Shown: piece after piece, positions 1 to 10,299 of the stretch | How the letters are laid out: each line of letters begins with the position of its first letter | Numbering within the stretch: the first letter of the stretch is position 1 | IMG/VR virus record: IMGVR_UViG_3300018962_000001 | Coordinates: 62,001-126,000 of that record | Strand: one strand, 5' to 3' | Length of the DNA stretch: 64,000 nucleotides | Translations under genes and position numbers: made by a program | Notes under the pieces: model-generated | Seen by the model: only the letters and a program-made list of their open reading frames with translations | The model's database searches: none | What the model was told of the DNA's origin: nothing

Positions 1-4
1 GGGC

Positions 5-256
5 TTGCCGCGGGTAAAACATATGGCCGCCAGTCCGCACCATGCGATCGGAACCTGGGTGACGGCAGAACACCCGACGAAAGGCATCCGCATTAAGGTG
101 TTGATCGTGGACTGTCCCCAGCCGCAGCATTGGCAGCGGATCGTGAACAAGGGGATCGTCTTAGAGTTCGACTTCAAAACCGCCCAAATGCTGTATAACA
201 TTAAGCGGGTCAATCAAAAGGCTCCCCGCGACTGTCCGATCGTGGTGTACGGATAG
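5..256 (+). CDS. RlpA-like double-psi beta-barrel protein (probably 5'-truncated by window)
   Basis: IGTWVTAEHPTKGIRIKVLIVDCP resembles the DPBB GTxVxV...VxIxD pattern. Confidence 0.4.
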   Translation: MPRVKHMAASPHHAIGTWVTAEHPTKGIRIKVLIVDCPQPQHWQRIVNKGIVLEFDFKTAQMLYNIKRVNQKAPRDCPIVVYG

Positions 257-262
257 AAAGAG

Positions 263-934
263 ATGGGCGTGACCGATCAGGCAACGCAGGAGCGCTGGCT
301 CTATGGTGGTGATCCCGACGCCGTTCCGACGCAGGATGACATCACGCATGAGCATTTTCGCACGCCGCTGTGGGTGATTGATGCGGCCATCCGCTTAATC
401 ACCTGGATTCCCTCCGATTGCCCGCTCCGCATCTTGGATGCTGGAGCGGGCAATGATGCCCGCTGGGGCGTGGGAGCCAAGACTCGCTGGCCGTCCTCGC
501 AGCTCACGGCAGTCGAGGCCCGTGCGGTTCCGGCGGCGGCGGCGGTGGATCGGTGGGTCCATGCCAGCCTCTTTGATTCCTGGGACCCGGAACCGTACGA
601 TCTGATCGTGACCAATCCGCCGTTTAGCCGGTCTCTCGATTGGGCACAGTGGTGTATCGCGCACTGTGCCCCCGGTGGAACGATCCTGCTGTATATGCGC
701 AACGCATTCGGGCACGGCTGGCGACGCTATTCGCAACTGCATCGCCAGCAGCCGTTTGCAATCGAGGGGAAGCTGGTGCAACGCCCCGTGCATGAACATG
801 GCTCGTCCGACCGCGCGCAGGAATATAGTTGCTACTACTGGCGTGATCCCTGGCCCAACGCCACCCCCGATCCAATCATTAAATGGCTCAGTCGCGTGGA
901 TCTGCCCCCCGAACAACAACAATCCTTTCTATAG
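263..934 (+). CDS. DNA N6-adenine methyltransferase
   Basis: motif I RILDAGAG and motif IV IVTNPPF. Confidence 0.85.
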   Translation: MGVTDQATQERWLYGGDPDAVPTQDDITHEHFRTPLWVIDAAIRLITWIPSDCPLRILDAGAGNDARWGVGAKTRWPSSQLTAVEARAVPAAAAVDRWVHASLFDSWDPEPYDLIVTNPPFSRSLDWAQWCIAHCAPGGTILLYMRNAFGHGWRRYSQLHRQQPFAIEGKLVQRPVHEHGSSDRAQEYSCYYWRDPWPNATPDPIIKWLSRVDLPPEQQQSFL

Positions 935-945
935 CCTGGGATGCC

Positions 946-974
946 TTGACGTATGCACTATTGTGCGCTATACT
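946..974 (+). promoter_or_regulatory. sigma70-type promoter
   Basis: TTGACG-N17-TATACT. Confidence 0.75.
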
Positions 975-1009
975 CTGCCTGTGGAACTGCACGAATCAAG
1001 CGAGGCGCT

Positions 1010-1228
1010 ATGGATGGCCCAGTAGAAATTGTTTGTCCAACCTGCCGCACCCCCGTCCGCGATAAGTGGTGGTTCAGCCACTTCCGCCAGGGATCAACTG
1101 AGCTGCCCTGCCTGGATGGGTGTGGGCAATCGTTTCTCGTGATCCGTACGGGCGCGGAGATCACCACTACTGCCATTCACACCGTGGAACCGGCGAGCCA
1201 GGTGTGGATCGGGCCACCCGGAGAGTAG
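1010..1228 (+). CDS. small Zn-ribbon protein
   Basis: CPTC...CLDGC; ATG downstream of promoter. Confidence 0.6.
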   Translation: MDGPVEIVCPTCRTPVRDKWWFSHFRQGSTELPCLDGCGQSFLVIRTGAEITTTAIHTVEPASQVWIGPPGE

Positions 1229-1265
1229 ATCGTGTCCACTGGACACTGCCCGAAAGGAGACTCGG

Positions 1266-1508
1266 ATGGTCCCAGAATACATCACCTTTGCCTGTCCGGT
1301 CGGCGAGCCATTTGTGTTGATGAACGGAGAGATGATCGCGCTCCGTGAGCTGTCTGGACAAACCTGCGGCTGCTGGTTTGTTGGGTGGGCTTCCGGGCGG
1401 GAGTATCCAATCTTTCCAGCCCAGGACACGCCCACGATTACCCTGTGGGCCGAAGCGTGCGCGCCGTGGATGCCGCAGCGCCCTGATCAGGAGATGACCC
1501 CTGTATGA
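1266..1508 (+). CDS. hypothetical protein
   Basis: AAGGAG RBS, overlaps next gene. Confidence 0.6.
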   Translation: MVPEYITFACPVGEPFVLMNGEMIALRELSGQTCGCWFVGWASGREYPIFPAQDTPTITLWAEACAPWMPQRPDQEMTPV

Positions 1509-2221
1509 GCGACCTTAAACACGGTCGGTGGTATTACTTTGAAACCGGACGTGAGTTTCCAGACAAGGAATCCGCCGCGCGTGCCTGGAACCATGCCGTT
1601 GTGCCTTCGGCCATCGGCTGGACCGACTATATCCAGGGCACGGCGGTTGCCGAAGGTGGGGAGTGCCTCCTTCCGCCGGAGCGCTGCCGGTGTAATCGAG
1701 TCTGGACCTATTGGCAGACCGAGAATCAAACGCCCGCCCGCCCGATTCATTCCCTGGTGTTTGAAGCGGCGCGCGACTCGCTTGGTATCTATCCTCAATC
1801 GATCAGGCGTGCTGGGGTTCAGGTCGAGCGCACTCCGTGGCAGGATGGCTGGAATGCCGCGATCTTCGCTATGCTGGAGGCGAGTGCCGTCCTCCATGCC
1901 TGGTATGCCGAGTTAACCCCTGAACAGGCGGATGCCTTGCTGGTGCTCTTGCGGGCAGATGCCGCCTTTTTCTCCCTGAATGCCGCGACCATTAAGTGCT
2001 ATCTGATTATGAACGACACCTTTGGCTATGCCGAGGCGAACGCCGTCGAGCTACGCCTGGGCGACATTCCCTTTGTAGCCGAGCTGTGGCGACTGTTCGA
2101 ATGGCATGGGCTGACGGCCTGGGCCTCGCTCATCTCCGGCGACGACGTGATCACGGAGCACAAAACCGACCAGTATGCTGCGGCCCTCGCCTACATCAAA
2201 CAGCACCGGCTGGTGCTCTAA
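1505..2221 (+). CDS. hypothetical protein
   Basis: 238 aa ORF in + strand chain. Confidence 0.7.
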   Translation: MSDLKHGRWYYFETGREFPDKESAARAWNHAVVPSAIGWTDYIQGTAVAEGGECLLPPERCRCNRVWTYWQTENQTPARPIHSLVFEAARDSLGIYPQSIRRAGVQVERTPWQDGWNAAIFAMLEASAVLHAWYAELTPEQADALLVLLRADAAFFSLNAATIKCYLIMNDTFGYAEANAVELRLGDIPFVAELWRLFEWHGLTAWASLISGDDVITEHKTDQYAAALAYIKQHRLVL

Positions 2222-2244
2222 ACGGGCACAGCGTTTAATGAAGG

Positions 2245-2544
2245 GTGGTCTGTCCCACTCGACAAGAAAGGGCGGCTATGAAAGCAGTGATCCAGGCACT
2301 CGTCGTGATTGAAATCCCTGACGTGTGGAGCGAGGCGGAGGCGCATCAGGAACTTGACTCCATTGAACGCCTGTGTCCCAGCCTGCGAACGCGCGGGGGC
2401 GCATTGAATGCGCGTAATCCGCGCATTGCAGCGGTCTTAAGCTCCCAGGAGTATCCCGCGATCCAGATCGTCGCGAATGAGGTCACGATCGCAACGGCCT
2501 TGGGGTGGGAGTCTCCTGCATCCGACGACGCGCAGGCTGGTTGA
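2245..2544 (+). CDS. hypothetical protein
   Basis: ORF in chain; start may be ATG 2278. Confidence 0.55.
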   Translation: MVCPTRQERAAMKAVIQALVVIEIPDVWSEAEAHQELDSIERLCPSLRTRGGALNARNPRIAAVLSSQEYPAIQIVANEVTIATALGWESPASDDAQAG

Positions 2545-2556
2545 TCGTAAAGCCCC

Positions 2557-2585
2557 TTGACTTCTGCGTGCGTCTGCGCTATTCT
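2557..2585 (+). promoter_or_regulatory. sigma70-type promoter
   Basis: TTGACT-N17-TATTCT. Confidence 0.7.
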
Positions 2586-2614
2586 GACAGCGTAGCACAC
2601 GAAAGGAAGTCACG

Positions 2615-2824
2615 ATGTCACAGCCCGTCTCGCAGCCCGGATCTTTTCACGCGGATATTGAAGATCCCGTCTTTTGGATCGACGATCAGCCGTCCACGGA
2701 CTTAACCCATCTTTCGGATGATCCAGCAGGCCATTATGCAACGCCGATCGCCGAATCAGTGACGACCGATGCCGCTTGGCAGGGGCATCGAAGTGTGTTG
2801 GAAGATTATCTCGCCTGGCGGTGA
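2615..2824 (+). CDS. hypothetical protein
   Basis: AAGGA RBS after promoter. Confidence 0.6.
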   Translation: MSQPVSQPGSFHADIEDPVFWIDDQPSTDLTHLSDDPAGHYATPIAESVTTDAAWQGHRSVLEDYLAWR

Positions 2825-2842
2825 CGCCAGGCGCAGGAGTAG

Positions 2843-3178
2843 GTGATGACCGGAGATCGACAATCCTTGCTGCCCAACACGGGCAGCAATCTTATTCTCG
2901 TGTATGCCGATCCCCCGTGTCGTGATCTGGTGGACGGTGAGGCCATTGTGGAGGTCCGCGACGTTCCGCGGGGCGAGTGGCATCCACTGTGGTGGTGGCA
3001 GGAAACCGGGGTGGAGGTCTGCGTGTTTCCTTCGGTGGCAGCCGCGCAGTCCTGGGTTGAGAACCGGAACCGGGATCGCTATGATCAGTACGAGATCAAG
3101 GTCTGGCAGGATGGCCGTCTGATCCTGGCTCCCCCGTGTCATCCCTATCGTTGGGAGTCTCGCTATGGGAGTGTATGA
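2843..3178 (+). CDS. hypothetical protein
   Basis: AGGAG RBS, chain. Confidence 0.6.
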   Translation: MMTGDRQSLLPNTGSNLILVYADPPCRDLVDGEAIVEVRDVPRGEWHPLWWWQETGVEVCVFPSVAAAQSWVENRNRDRYDQYEIKVWQDGRLILAPPCHPYRWESRYGSV

Positions 3179-3545
3179 CTATCAAAGCCTGCGGGCACAT
3201 TACGGGCATCGGATCGTCTGCGCGGGCTATGGAACAGCACCCAACTTCGACAACATCGCCCTGGAATGCGAAACCTGTGGGGAGGTGTTGGTCGACTTTA
3301 ATCATCCGGCGGTGGAGCCGCCCGATTCGCCGCCCGTGTGTGTTGAGTGCGGCCAGCCGGGTACGGCGGGGTATCCGCTGGTTGAAACGGCTCCGGAGTT
3401 CGTTCATCGTGAAGGCTGTCCTGCTCCGCCTCCCACTGAGGCGGAGATGACTTTGCACTATACGACCTGCCCTGGATTCTACGGCCAACCGCACTGCTGC
3501 TGCAACGAGATTGCAGCGGAGATTCGGGGGAGTGACGAGGAGTGA
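3165..3545 (+). CDS. Cys/His-rich hypothetical protein
   Basis: CETC, CVEC, HCCC motifs. Confidence 0.6.
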   Translation: MGVYDYQSLRAHYGHRIVCAGYGTAPNFDNIALECETCGEVLVDFNHPAVEPPDSPPVCVECGQPGTAGYPLVETAPEFVHREGCPAPPPTEAEMTLHYTTCPGFYGQPHCCCNEIAAEIRGSDEE

Positions 3546-4291
3546 GGATCGTCATGGAGTATGAACCAACACCGGCTGAACGAAGCCGGATCGTCTGGAT
3601 TACGCGCAAACTCGAAGCTGCTCGGAGACGCCTGGCGCGGTTAGAGCGGAAACGGTATCCAGGGGATGAGCTACGGGAGCACTTTCACCTGGGCATGGTT
3701 GGTGGATCGGGCCGACAGAGCGCGCGCCTGAACCGGCGCAAGGAGCGTGCCTTCGATCGGTTTCTCGACGATAACCGGACGAAGATCGATCTCCGCGCAC
3801 GGATCACCGCGTGGGAATCTGAGATCGAAGCTATTCAGGCCGGGCGACGGGCGCAGGAACAGGCGGAACGTCTCGCCCGGCGGAAGCCCAAAGTGCCCGC
3901 CCGTCCGCGCCGTCCCCGGCCCGCTGCGCCGCCATTTGACTATGCTGCCTATAATGCCCGCGCGGATGCCCTGTATGCCTTCTGTGAGGCGCAGATCCAG
4001 ACGGTTGCGGGGATCTGCCCGAAGGAGTGGACCAACCTGGAGGGTCGCCGGGCGGATGGCTTGCGGTGGGCCTGGATCACCGTCCAAGGATGCTTAGCTG
4101 CCGCCCATATGCGCCCCGAACCGGCGACGCTGACGATGATCCAACAATCCTTGCAGCGGGAACGCAGGCGCTGCGAGCAGCAGCTGGCGGACGCCGGGAC
4201 GACGATCCCGTATCGTGTGTTTCTCCAGACCGTGCTAACGACTATTACGGAGATCGAGTCGCATATTGAGGCGGGCGTGGTCAGTCTGTGA
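3542..4291 (+). CDS. hypothetical coiled-coil protein
   Basis: 249 aa, GTGA overlap. Confidence 0.65.
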   Translation: MRIVMEYEPTPAERSRIVWITRKLEAARRRLARLERKRYPGDELREHFHLGMVGGSGRQSARLNRRKERAFDRFLDDNRTKIDLRARITAWESEIEAIQAGRRAQEQAERLARRKPKVPARPRRPRPAAPPFDYAAYNARADALYAFCEAQIQTVAGICPKEWTNLEGRRADGLRWAWITVQGCLAAAHMRPEPATLTMIQQSLQRERRRCEQQLADAGTTIPYRVFLQTVLTTITEIESHIEAGVVSL

Positions 4292-4309
4292 GTCTGGTGA
4301 GGAGGGACG

Positions 4310-4687
4310 ATGTACGGCTATGAATCCGATGCACTGGGATTGCGCATCACGTGTGACGGGCAGGACTGGCTTACCCTGGTCGGACTGGGCCAGGAGGATC
4401 AGGTGCAGCAGATCGTCGAAGCGCTTAACCTTCAGGCAACCTATGCTCAGGCCGGAGCGGCGGCGGCTCCCTCGGCGAAAATCAAGGGGTATGCCGTTGA
4501 AGGATTCCAGTATTGCACCGACTGCGCCTCGGTGGTCGATTCGATGATTCGTGAAACCGGCGATCCGATCACCGACGCAGACCTGCGTATCTGGCCGTTT
4601 GGGGTTGCCTGTACTGAATGTCGGACGCTGATCATTGCGCCCGATGATGCGGCCTTTTGTGAGCTGCTTGCGCAGCTTGGACATTAA
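4310..4687 (+). CDS. hypothetical protein with CxxC pairs
   Basis: CTDC, CTEC; GGAGG RBS. Confidence 0.65.
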   Translation: MYGYESDALGLRITCDGQDWLTLVGLGQEDQVQQIVEALNLQATYAQAGAAAAPSAKIKGYAVEGFQYCTDCASVVDSMIRETGDPITDADLRIWPFGVACTECRTLIIAPDDAAFCELLAQLGH

Positions 4688-4914
4688 TGATGTCCAGTGC
4701 CGTGTCCGGGGGGAATGTCCCTGGACACGCGGCTCCTGGTGCGGCGTGATTACGGGGACGTGGGTGGGTGTCACCCCAGCAAAGGGGACAGCAGAACCGC
4801 CAGCAGCATGTCAGGCATACCATTCGATAGCAACCCCAGCAGGAGGATCGACAGGATGGTACACATACAGGAATCAGGGTGCTTGCGGTGGATACGTGAA
4901 CCAACGGAGGGGCG

Positions 4915-5520
4915 ATGAGAGAGGATGCTTGGCTAGAGTTCATTGGTCGGGGTGACCCGATCTATCCAGGGCATCCAGTGACGATTGCCTGCCAAATCGC
5001 CCGTGCATTCCCGTCGCTTCATGCTGCCCAGCACGACACTGGAAACGGGATGCCAGCGGCACGCGCATCGATCTTCGTCACTGGGAGTGGAGAGGCAATC
5101 TATACAGCCTTGATCGCCTGCGATCAAATTGCAGCGGGAGAACCCCTCGCAACGGTTCGGACCTGGGCGAATACCGAATGGCTCAAGTTAGCTGCTCGGT
5201 ACCAGCTAACCGCTCCGGCCATTTCGGTCGGTCGGGCACAGGCAGACGACTGGCTGGCCGATACCGATCTGGTTGGTTGGATTCGCGATCAGTCGGTGCC
5301 GCAGATCCTTGATCCCGATATTCGGCGCTGTCTGGTGGCTGCGGCCTATCGCCATGCGCCGAGGTATGCGACAGCGTTCATGGCCGTGGTTGAGTCGAGT
5401 CTCGATTTCCAGGTTGCCCTGAGTTTCAATGGACCAGATGGCCTGCGCGCGCTTGTCGCCGAAGGGTTGCGTGCCGCGCAGGCCGCAACCCTGCCCAGGT
5501 CACCATCTCATACCCCTTGA
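4915..5520 (+). CDS. hypothetical protein
   Basis: 201 aa; stop overlaps next -35 box. Confidence 0.65.
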   Translation: MREDAWLEFIGRGDPIYPGHPVTIACQIARAFPSLHAAQHDTGNGMPAARASIFVTGSGEAIYTALIACDQIAAGEPLATVRTWANTEWLKLAARYQLTAPAISVGRAQADDWLADTDLVGWIRDQSVPQILDPDIRRCLVAAAYRHAPRYATAFMAVVESSLDFQVALSFNGPDGLRALVAEGLRAAQAATLPRSPSHTP

Positions 5521-5545
5521 CTTGTGCATAGGTATGCGCTAATCT
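5517..5545 (+). promoter_or_regulatory. sigma70-type promoter
   Basis: TTGACT-N17-TAATCT. Confidence 0.7.
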
Positions 5546-5573
5546 GCTGGCAGATGAAGGAAAGGAAGCCCGA

Positions 5574-5771
5574 ATGAGCCGCCAGCAGTTGCAGATCATG
5601 CCGGTTATCACCGAGAACGACGTTCTGGCCCTTGATCCTGATGGGGGACGATGTGATCCGATCCTGATCGCGCCGAATGATCCCTTTGACTGGGATGCGT
5701 ACGCCGACCAGTACGCGCCGGAGGATGGTGAGGGTGTGTTGGCGGAGTGGAGCGATCATCATTTTTGGTAG
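5574..5771 (+). CDS. hypothetical protein
   Basis: AAGGA RBS after promoter. Confidence 0.6.
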   Translation: MSRQQLQIMPVITENDVLALDPDGGRCDPILIAPNDPFDWDAYADQYAPEDGEGVLAEWSDHHFW

Positions 5772-5786
5772 GTCCGGGAGGATACG

Positions 5787-6203
5787 ATGGATCGATGGAT
5801 CGATGACCGCTGGACGCCTGTTTCGGTCACCAGCCAGGCCGAGGATCAGGCGTCCGTGATTGTCCATTCAGGGTGTGGAACCACCCTGGATCGCTGCCGT
5901 TGTCCGCGCGTCGCGCAGTGTGTGGTTTGTGGGTGCCTGTACGAAACACTCCAGTACAATCCCCACACCCATTGGACCGATACCGTGCTGTGCCCCTGTG
6001 AGTCAGTCCTACCCAGTCGTGAGGACTGCTATCGCGAGGCGGCAGCAGCCGTGAATGGAACCGATCTGTACGAAACCGATCCGATCTACCGCAGGCGACT
6101 CGAACGTGAAGTGGATCTGGTGTACGCCGAGCGATGCGAAGGCAATGATCATGATCACCCGTTTTGCCACTGCGCGGACGAGGACTCGGAAGGAGTCGGG
6201 TAA
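5787..6203 (+). CDS. Cys-rich hypothetical protein
   Basis: GGAGG RBS, several CxxC. Confidence 0.6.
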   Translation: MDRWIDDRWTPVSVTSQAEDQASVIVHSGCGTTLDRCRCPRVAQCVVCGCLYETLQYNPHTHWTDTVLCPCESVLPSREDCYREAAAAVNGTDLYETDPIYRRRLEREVDLVYAERCEGNDHDHPFCHCADEDSEGVG

Positions 6204-6880
6204 TGGGCCGATCAAGTTATGGCCGGAGCCTGTGTGAGTATTGTCGCCGCACGATCTCCGTGGGTGGATTTGCGCGCTATCAGCACCTCATGGCGCATGT
6301 TCGGCAAGGATTTCTGACCCACGATCCGACTCGGAAGCCACGCTTTCAACGAACCTCCGCAGGCAATGATATTGCGCGGGCACTTAGCCACGAACGGAAG
6401 ATTGAGCATGAACGGGAGCGCGCGGACCTGCCGCCGCTCTGGTTTGAGGAGCTGCTGCTTTCGGTCGCTGAATCCGAAGGGCGGACCGATCTTCCGAAAA
6501 TTGTCTATCACCGCAGTGAGTATGTAACCGGCCATTTCCATTTTTGGCCGGAGCCGGAATTAACGTTTGCCGGACCCAGCGTACCCACCGACCACGCCTA
6601 CCAGCTCGCCCTGCACGAGATGGCGCACTGGATCACCGGGCCGCGTGCGGAAGTCACCTCCACCCCAGACGGCACGCCGATCGATGTCGAGATTATCTGG
6701 CATGGGCTGGAGTTCTATGAGACGGCCTGGCGGTTGTATCATCGGCACTGGGCCAACGTGGCACTGGCGGTAGAGTTCGAAGTTGGCTACCAGGGCCAGA
6801 TCGCGATCGACGGTGCTCGGCGGGCGGGCTATGATCTCGATCCGCTCCTGAAGAACCGACCACGCAAGGAGTCTGTATGA
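6203..6880 (+). CDS. putative zinc metallopeptidase (SprT/YgjP-like HExxH)
   Basis: LALHEMAHW followed by WHGLEF; N-terminal C2H2-like CEYC...HLMAH. Confidence 0.5.
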   Translation: MGRSSYGRSLCEYCRRTISVGGFARYQHLMAHVRQGFLTHDPTRKPRFQRTSAGNDIARALSHERKIEHERERADLPPLWFEELLLSVAESEGRTDLPKIVYHRSEYVTGHFHFWPEPELTFAGPSVPTDHAYQLALHEMAHWITGPRAEVTSTPDGTPIDVEIIWHGLEFYETAWRLYHRHWANVALAVEFEVGYQGQIAIDGARRAGYDLDPLLKNRPRKESV

Positions 6881-7284
6881 ATACGGCGCATCTGGATGCC
6901 CTGCTCGACCAGGAGTTGGAACGGCGAAAGGCCGACGAAGATGCGCTCACGGCACGGGAGGAAGCTGCCGCCCCGGAGCGCATCGCGGCGTGCTCCACCG
7001 CGCTCTTGGAGGCGATTGGGCTGCCGTGGTACGCGGCCTTGTGTGAGGCGGGATTAACGATCGTGCATCGGCCATCGGTGCTGGGCGATACCTGGGAAAC
7101 CGTCGCGTTGTGGGAATATGGCGATCATGGGTTTTCGATCGAGTTTCATCCGGGCAAAGAACCACAATGGCGCTTGGAGCAGGATGGATCGGGCAAATGG
7201 CTCCCTTCCGATCGGTTGGTCACCACGATTCGCGATTGGCTGCTGCTCGTGCGCGGAACTCAGCGACGAGTCTCGACGCAGTGA
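6877..7284 (+). CDS. hypothetical protein
   Basis: ATGA overlap. Confidence 0.65.
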   Translation: MNTAHLDALLDQELERRKADEDALTAREEAAAPERIAACSTALLEAIGLPWYAALCEAGLTIVHRPSVLGDTWETVALWEYGDHGFSIEFHPGKEPQWRLEQDGSGKWLPSDRLVTTIRDWLLLVRGTQRRVSTQ

Positions 7285-7318
7285 TCCATCCGACCATAGA
7301 GTAGTGCAGCGCATCCCC

Positions 7319-7347
7319 TTGACATACGCTCAGGGATGCGCTATGAT
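7319..7347 (+). promoter_or_regulatory. sigma70-type promoter
   Basis: TTGACA-N17-TATGAT. Confidence 0.85.
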
Positions 7348-7372
7348 GCTGGTATAGCAAGGGGGATGCACG

Positions 7373-8041
7373 ATGCGACGGGAACAAGTCACCAGCACCA
7401 ATCTTTCGGAGATCGGATTTGAGGAGGATGACACCGGCCAATCGGCCACGCTGGAAGTCCGCTTTCAGTCCGGTATCGTCTATCAATATACCGCCACAGG
7501 GCGGTTAGTCGTCAATCGATTACGCGCGGCGCACGCAGAGCTGCTGCGCCGGAATCGCGAAGGGGAGTCGGTCGGGCAATACTTTAACCGGGAAGTTCGC
7601 GATGCCTTTGCATATCAGGTGATCGCTTACCCAACATGTCTCCATAACACACCCGCTGATCAGCTCTGCGATGTGTGTCACCCGCCGGAGCCGGAGCCGC
7701 ACATTGGACTCCAGCACCTCCCAGGGTCGGAAGGGACGATCGGGACGCTGGGGCGGGGCACACCCATTGAATGGACCGATCACCCGGCAGTCGAGCGTGA
7801 TGCCACGACCCAGGCGGCGTTTGTTGAGTCACGCCTGGCGGCGTGTGGCTGTGGCGAGGACCACGTTCCTGCCCCAACCCCGGCGGCGGCGGCGGCAGTC
7901 GGCCAGATCGATCCGACCAATGCCTTGCTGGCAATCGATGCCGCGATCCTGGCAGCCCGCGCGCAACTGAATCAACTCGAAGTGGCCCGGCGACTCATCC
8001 TCGCCGCTCAGGGAGGCCAAAGCCATGCTGATCCTACTTAA
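7373..8041 (+). CDS. KTSC domain protein
   Basis: VTSTNLSEIGF...TLEVRFQSGIVYQY...SVGQYFNREVRD fits the KTSC pattern. Confidence 0.75.
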   Translation: MRREQVTSTNLSEIGFEEDDTGQSATLEVRFQSGIVYQYTATGRLVVNRLRAAHAELLRRNREGESVGQYFNREVRDAFAYQVIAYPTCLHNTPADQLCDVCHPPEPEPHIGLQHLPGSEGTIGTLGRGTPIEWTDHPAVERDATTQAAFVESRLAACGCGEDHVPAPTPAAAAAVGQIDPTNALLAIDAAILAARAQLNQLEVARRLILAAQGGQSHADPT

Positions 8042-8633
8042 TCTCGTCGGCGATGAGTTGATGGTGCTGAAGGATGCAGTGATGCGGCAGGCGCGGGTCT
8101 ATAGCCGTGCCAAACATCGCCATGCGCAGATCGTACATACCGTCGCCACCAAGGTCGCCAATATCTCGATGTCCCGCACGGACACGACCGGCAGTGATAC
8201 CTGGGTCTTCAGGCCAACGGACGATTCAGAGACAGAATCTCCGGTGCAACTATGGGGGGCGGCATACCAGGCACTCAAATACAGTCTGCATATGTTGGCG
8301 GATGTCACCCTCCGCCCCGAAGATCTCGCGGTCGCGCGTTTGCATACGCTTTGTGCGACCGAGATTCTGGCGCGGGCTGCTGGCGAACGGTCTGATCCGT
8401 TGGTTGTGGCCGCGACCGCGTATCTCCTGGCGCGCAATGGAAGTTGGACGGATACGCCCTATCAAGCTCGACGGTTTGCCGAAATCGCCCTGGACTCGCT
8501 GGCGTTGGATGCCGCAACGATTGAGGAGGTCAGCACCCAAATCGATCAGTGTGCCCAGCGAGCGGCAGGGCCGTGGGAGTTTCGGCGTCTGGTCCAGATT
8601 ACGATGCAGATGCGCGACGAGGCGACGCCATGA
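8025..8633 (+). CDS. hypothetical protein
   Basis: GGAGG RBS, chain. Confidence 0.65.
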   Translation: MLILLNLVGDELMVLKDAVMRQARVYSRAKHRHAQIVHTVATKVANISMSRTDTTGSDTWVFRPTDDSETESPVQLWGAAYQALKYSLHMLADVTLRPEDLAVARLHTLCATEILARAAGERSDPLVVAATAYLLARNGSWTDTPYQARRFAEIALDSLALDAATIEEVSTQIDQCAQRAAGPWEFRRLVQITMQMRDEATP

Positions 8634-9070
8634 TCGTGATTGTAGATCTGACCGACGAGGAGATCGCGGCAGTACGGCGGCTGGCCTGGAACGATGTCCA
8701 TGCGGCGGGGGATCGGCGCGACTGGGATTCTGCCGCCGCCGCGGAATCGCCAACCTCTCCTGCGCGCGTCCTGGCGAACAAAATCACCGAAGCAACCGCG
8801 CAGGATGCCGTCACCACCGAGCTTGCGCCTGCGCTCCGGCGACTCCTTTGGGTGTACGAGGCCCGTATGCGCCCTGACACCGCTCCGGCATCCATTCGCG
8901 CGGATTTAGCCGCGCTGTATGCCCGCGAACGTGCCGCTGGCGCAACGGCGGCGACCGCCTGGGCAACACTCTATCACCGGGCGACTCGCGTGCATGGTCT
9001 CACCGACACCCCGGCCATCGGCATTCTGATTAGCGAGATCCACAATGTCTGGCGGGAGGAGCATGGATGA
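8630..9070 (+). CDS. hypothetical protein
   Basis: ATGA overlap. Confidence 0.6.
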   Translation: MIVIVDLTDEEIAAVRRLAWNDVHAAGDRRDWDSAAAAESPTSPARVLANKITEATAQDAVTTELAPALRRLLWVYEARMRPDTAPASIRADLAALYARERAAGATAATAWATLYHRATRVHGLTDTPAIGILISEIHNVWREEHG

Positions 9071-9318
9071 TCCCCTTTATCGCCGAGGAGGCGCTGCCCT
9101 ACTGGCCGATCGTGCAAGGTCTGCTGGCAGCGGGCTATCGTGAACACCTGCCGTCGCCTGCCGCCGCCGCCATCGATGCACGCATTGCCGAGGCCGCCTG
9201 CTGTCCCCACTGTCATCGTCTGATGGTGTACCGACCCTGGTTGGCCGAGTCGTTTGCCCGGCGCTCGTATCGCGCCTTTAGTGTCTGCCTGATGTGCGAT
9301 CTGGCAGCGGAGTTTTAA
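9067..9318 (+). CDS. small Zn-finger protein
   Basis: CPHC...CLMC. Confidence 0.6.
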   Translation: MIPFIAEEALPYWPIVQGLLAAGYREHLPSPAAAAIDARIAEAACCPHCHRLMVYRPWLAESFARRSYRAFSVCLMCDLAAEF

Positions 9319-9322
9319 GACT

Positions 9323-9973
9323 ATGCACCGTGTAACCTTGATCTTGCTGTATGCCCAACGCGATCTCCTCCGACGTGCCCTGAATGATCTGATACACCAT
9401 TTGGGGGAAACTCCGCTGGTGAACGAGTTAACGCAGCCGACCCCCGACCGTGACCAACGGTTGCTCCGCGCGATCCGGGGGCAAGTCATCTGGGCTGCCG
9501 AGTCGATCGCTGAATCCGACCCCTTCTCTATTGTGCTGGGGGAGCGTCAAGTCGAGTTGTTGGACCAGGCCATCCGTCTGTATCACCAGCACCTGCGAGC
9601 AACGCTGCCAACGTACAATCCTGTCATTGCCGAAACGGGCGTGGTGGTCTCGCTGATCGATCGGGCGCTGACGGATCGGCAGTCCCTCGGCATTGTGCCG
9701 CACCTGTGCGACTATTGTGGGTGCTCGGTTGCTCCACAGGAAGACGCAGCCCTCCTGCGACGCCTGCTGTATCTGGCGAATGAAGACCTCCTCTCGCCGT
9801 TTGAGGTGCCGGATCGCAATGCCAGCCGCCATCTGTTTCCAAGCGCGACGTGTCCGGGGTCGCCATCGACCGCGCAATACCTGGAGGGGCAGCCGCGTGA
9901 TCCGCGCTATCCCTATAAATCCACGTATGAAGCGCCAAGCCGGGCGGCCTATGCTCAGATGCAGGAGGGATGA
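9323..9973 (+). CDS. hypothetical protein
   Basis: 216 aa, chain. Confidence 0.65.
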   Translation: MHRVTLILLYAQRDLLRRALNDLIHHLGETPLVNELTQPTPDRDQRLLRAIRGQVIWAAESIAESDPFSIVLGERQVELLDQAIRLYHQHLRATLPTYNPVIAETGVVVSLIDRALTDRQSLGIVPHLCDYCGCSVAPQEDAALLRRLLYLANEDLLSPFEVPDRNASRHLFPSATCPGSPSTAQYLEGQPRDPRYPYKSTYEAPSRAAYAQMQEG

Positions 9974-10299
9974 TGGCTGATCCACAAATCCCCATCCTCG
10001 TCACCTTTGGCGGCAAGGAGCGGGGAAGCGGTCGTCCGGTGGTAGGATCATTTCTGATGCTGGCTCGGCATCCGGTGGACGCCGAGCCGTTTAGTCGTGA
10101 GATCGTGGGTCGCATGATTGCGGCTCCGTTCTACTATGATCAGCAGGTCGTCTCGTTGCTCCCGCTCGTCCAGGCCCAACTCATCGTCGGCACCGATGGG
10201 CAGGAATATCGCGTGGAAGTTGTGGTCCAGGTGGCAACCGATGCCGATCGTGCGCTGCTCACACGACGCATGGAGGACCCATTCCTTGACGAGCGCTAA
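9970..10299 (+). CDS. hypothetical protein
   Basis: ATGA overlap, GGAGG RBS. Confidence 0.6.
   Translation: MMADPQIPILVTFGGKERGSGRPVVGSFLMLARHPVDAEPFSREIVGRMIAAPFYYDQQVVSLLPLVQAQLIVGTDGQEYRVEVVVQVATDADRALLTRRMEDPFLDER

Noticed and set aside
4635-4955. Cys-rich ORF filling the 4687-4915 gap
   Set aside because: No convincing start or RBS and it competes with the 4697-4918 frame; unresolved.
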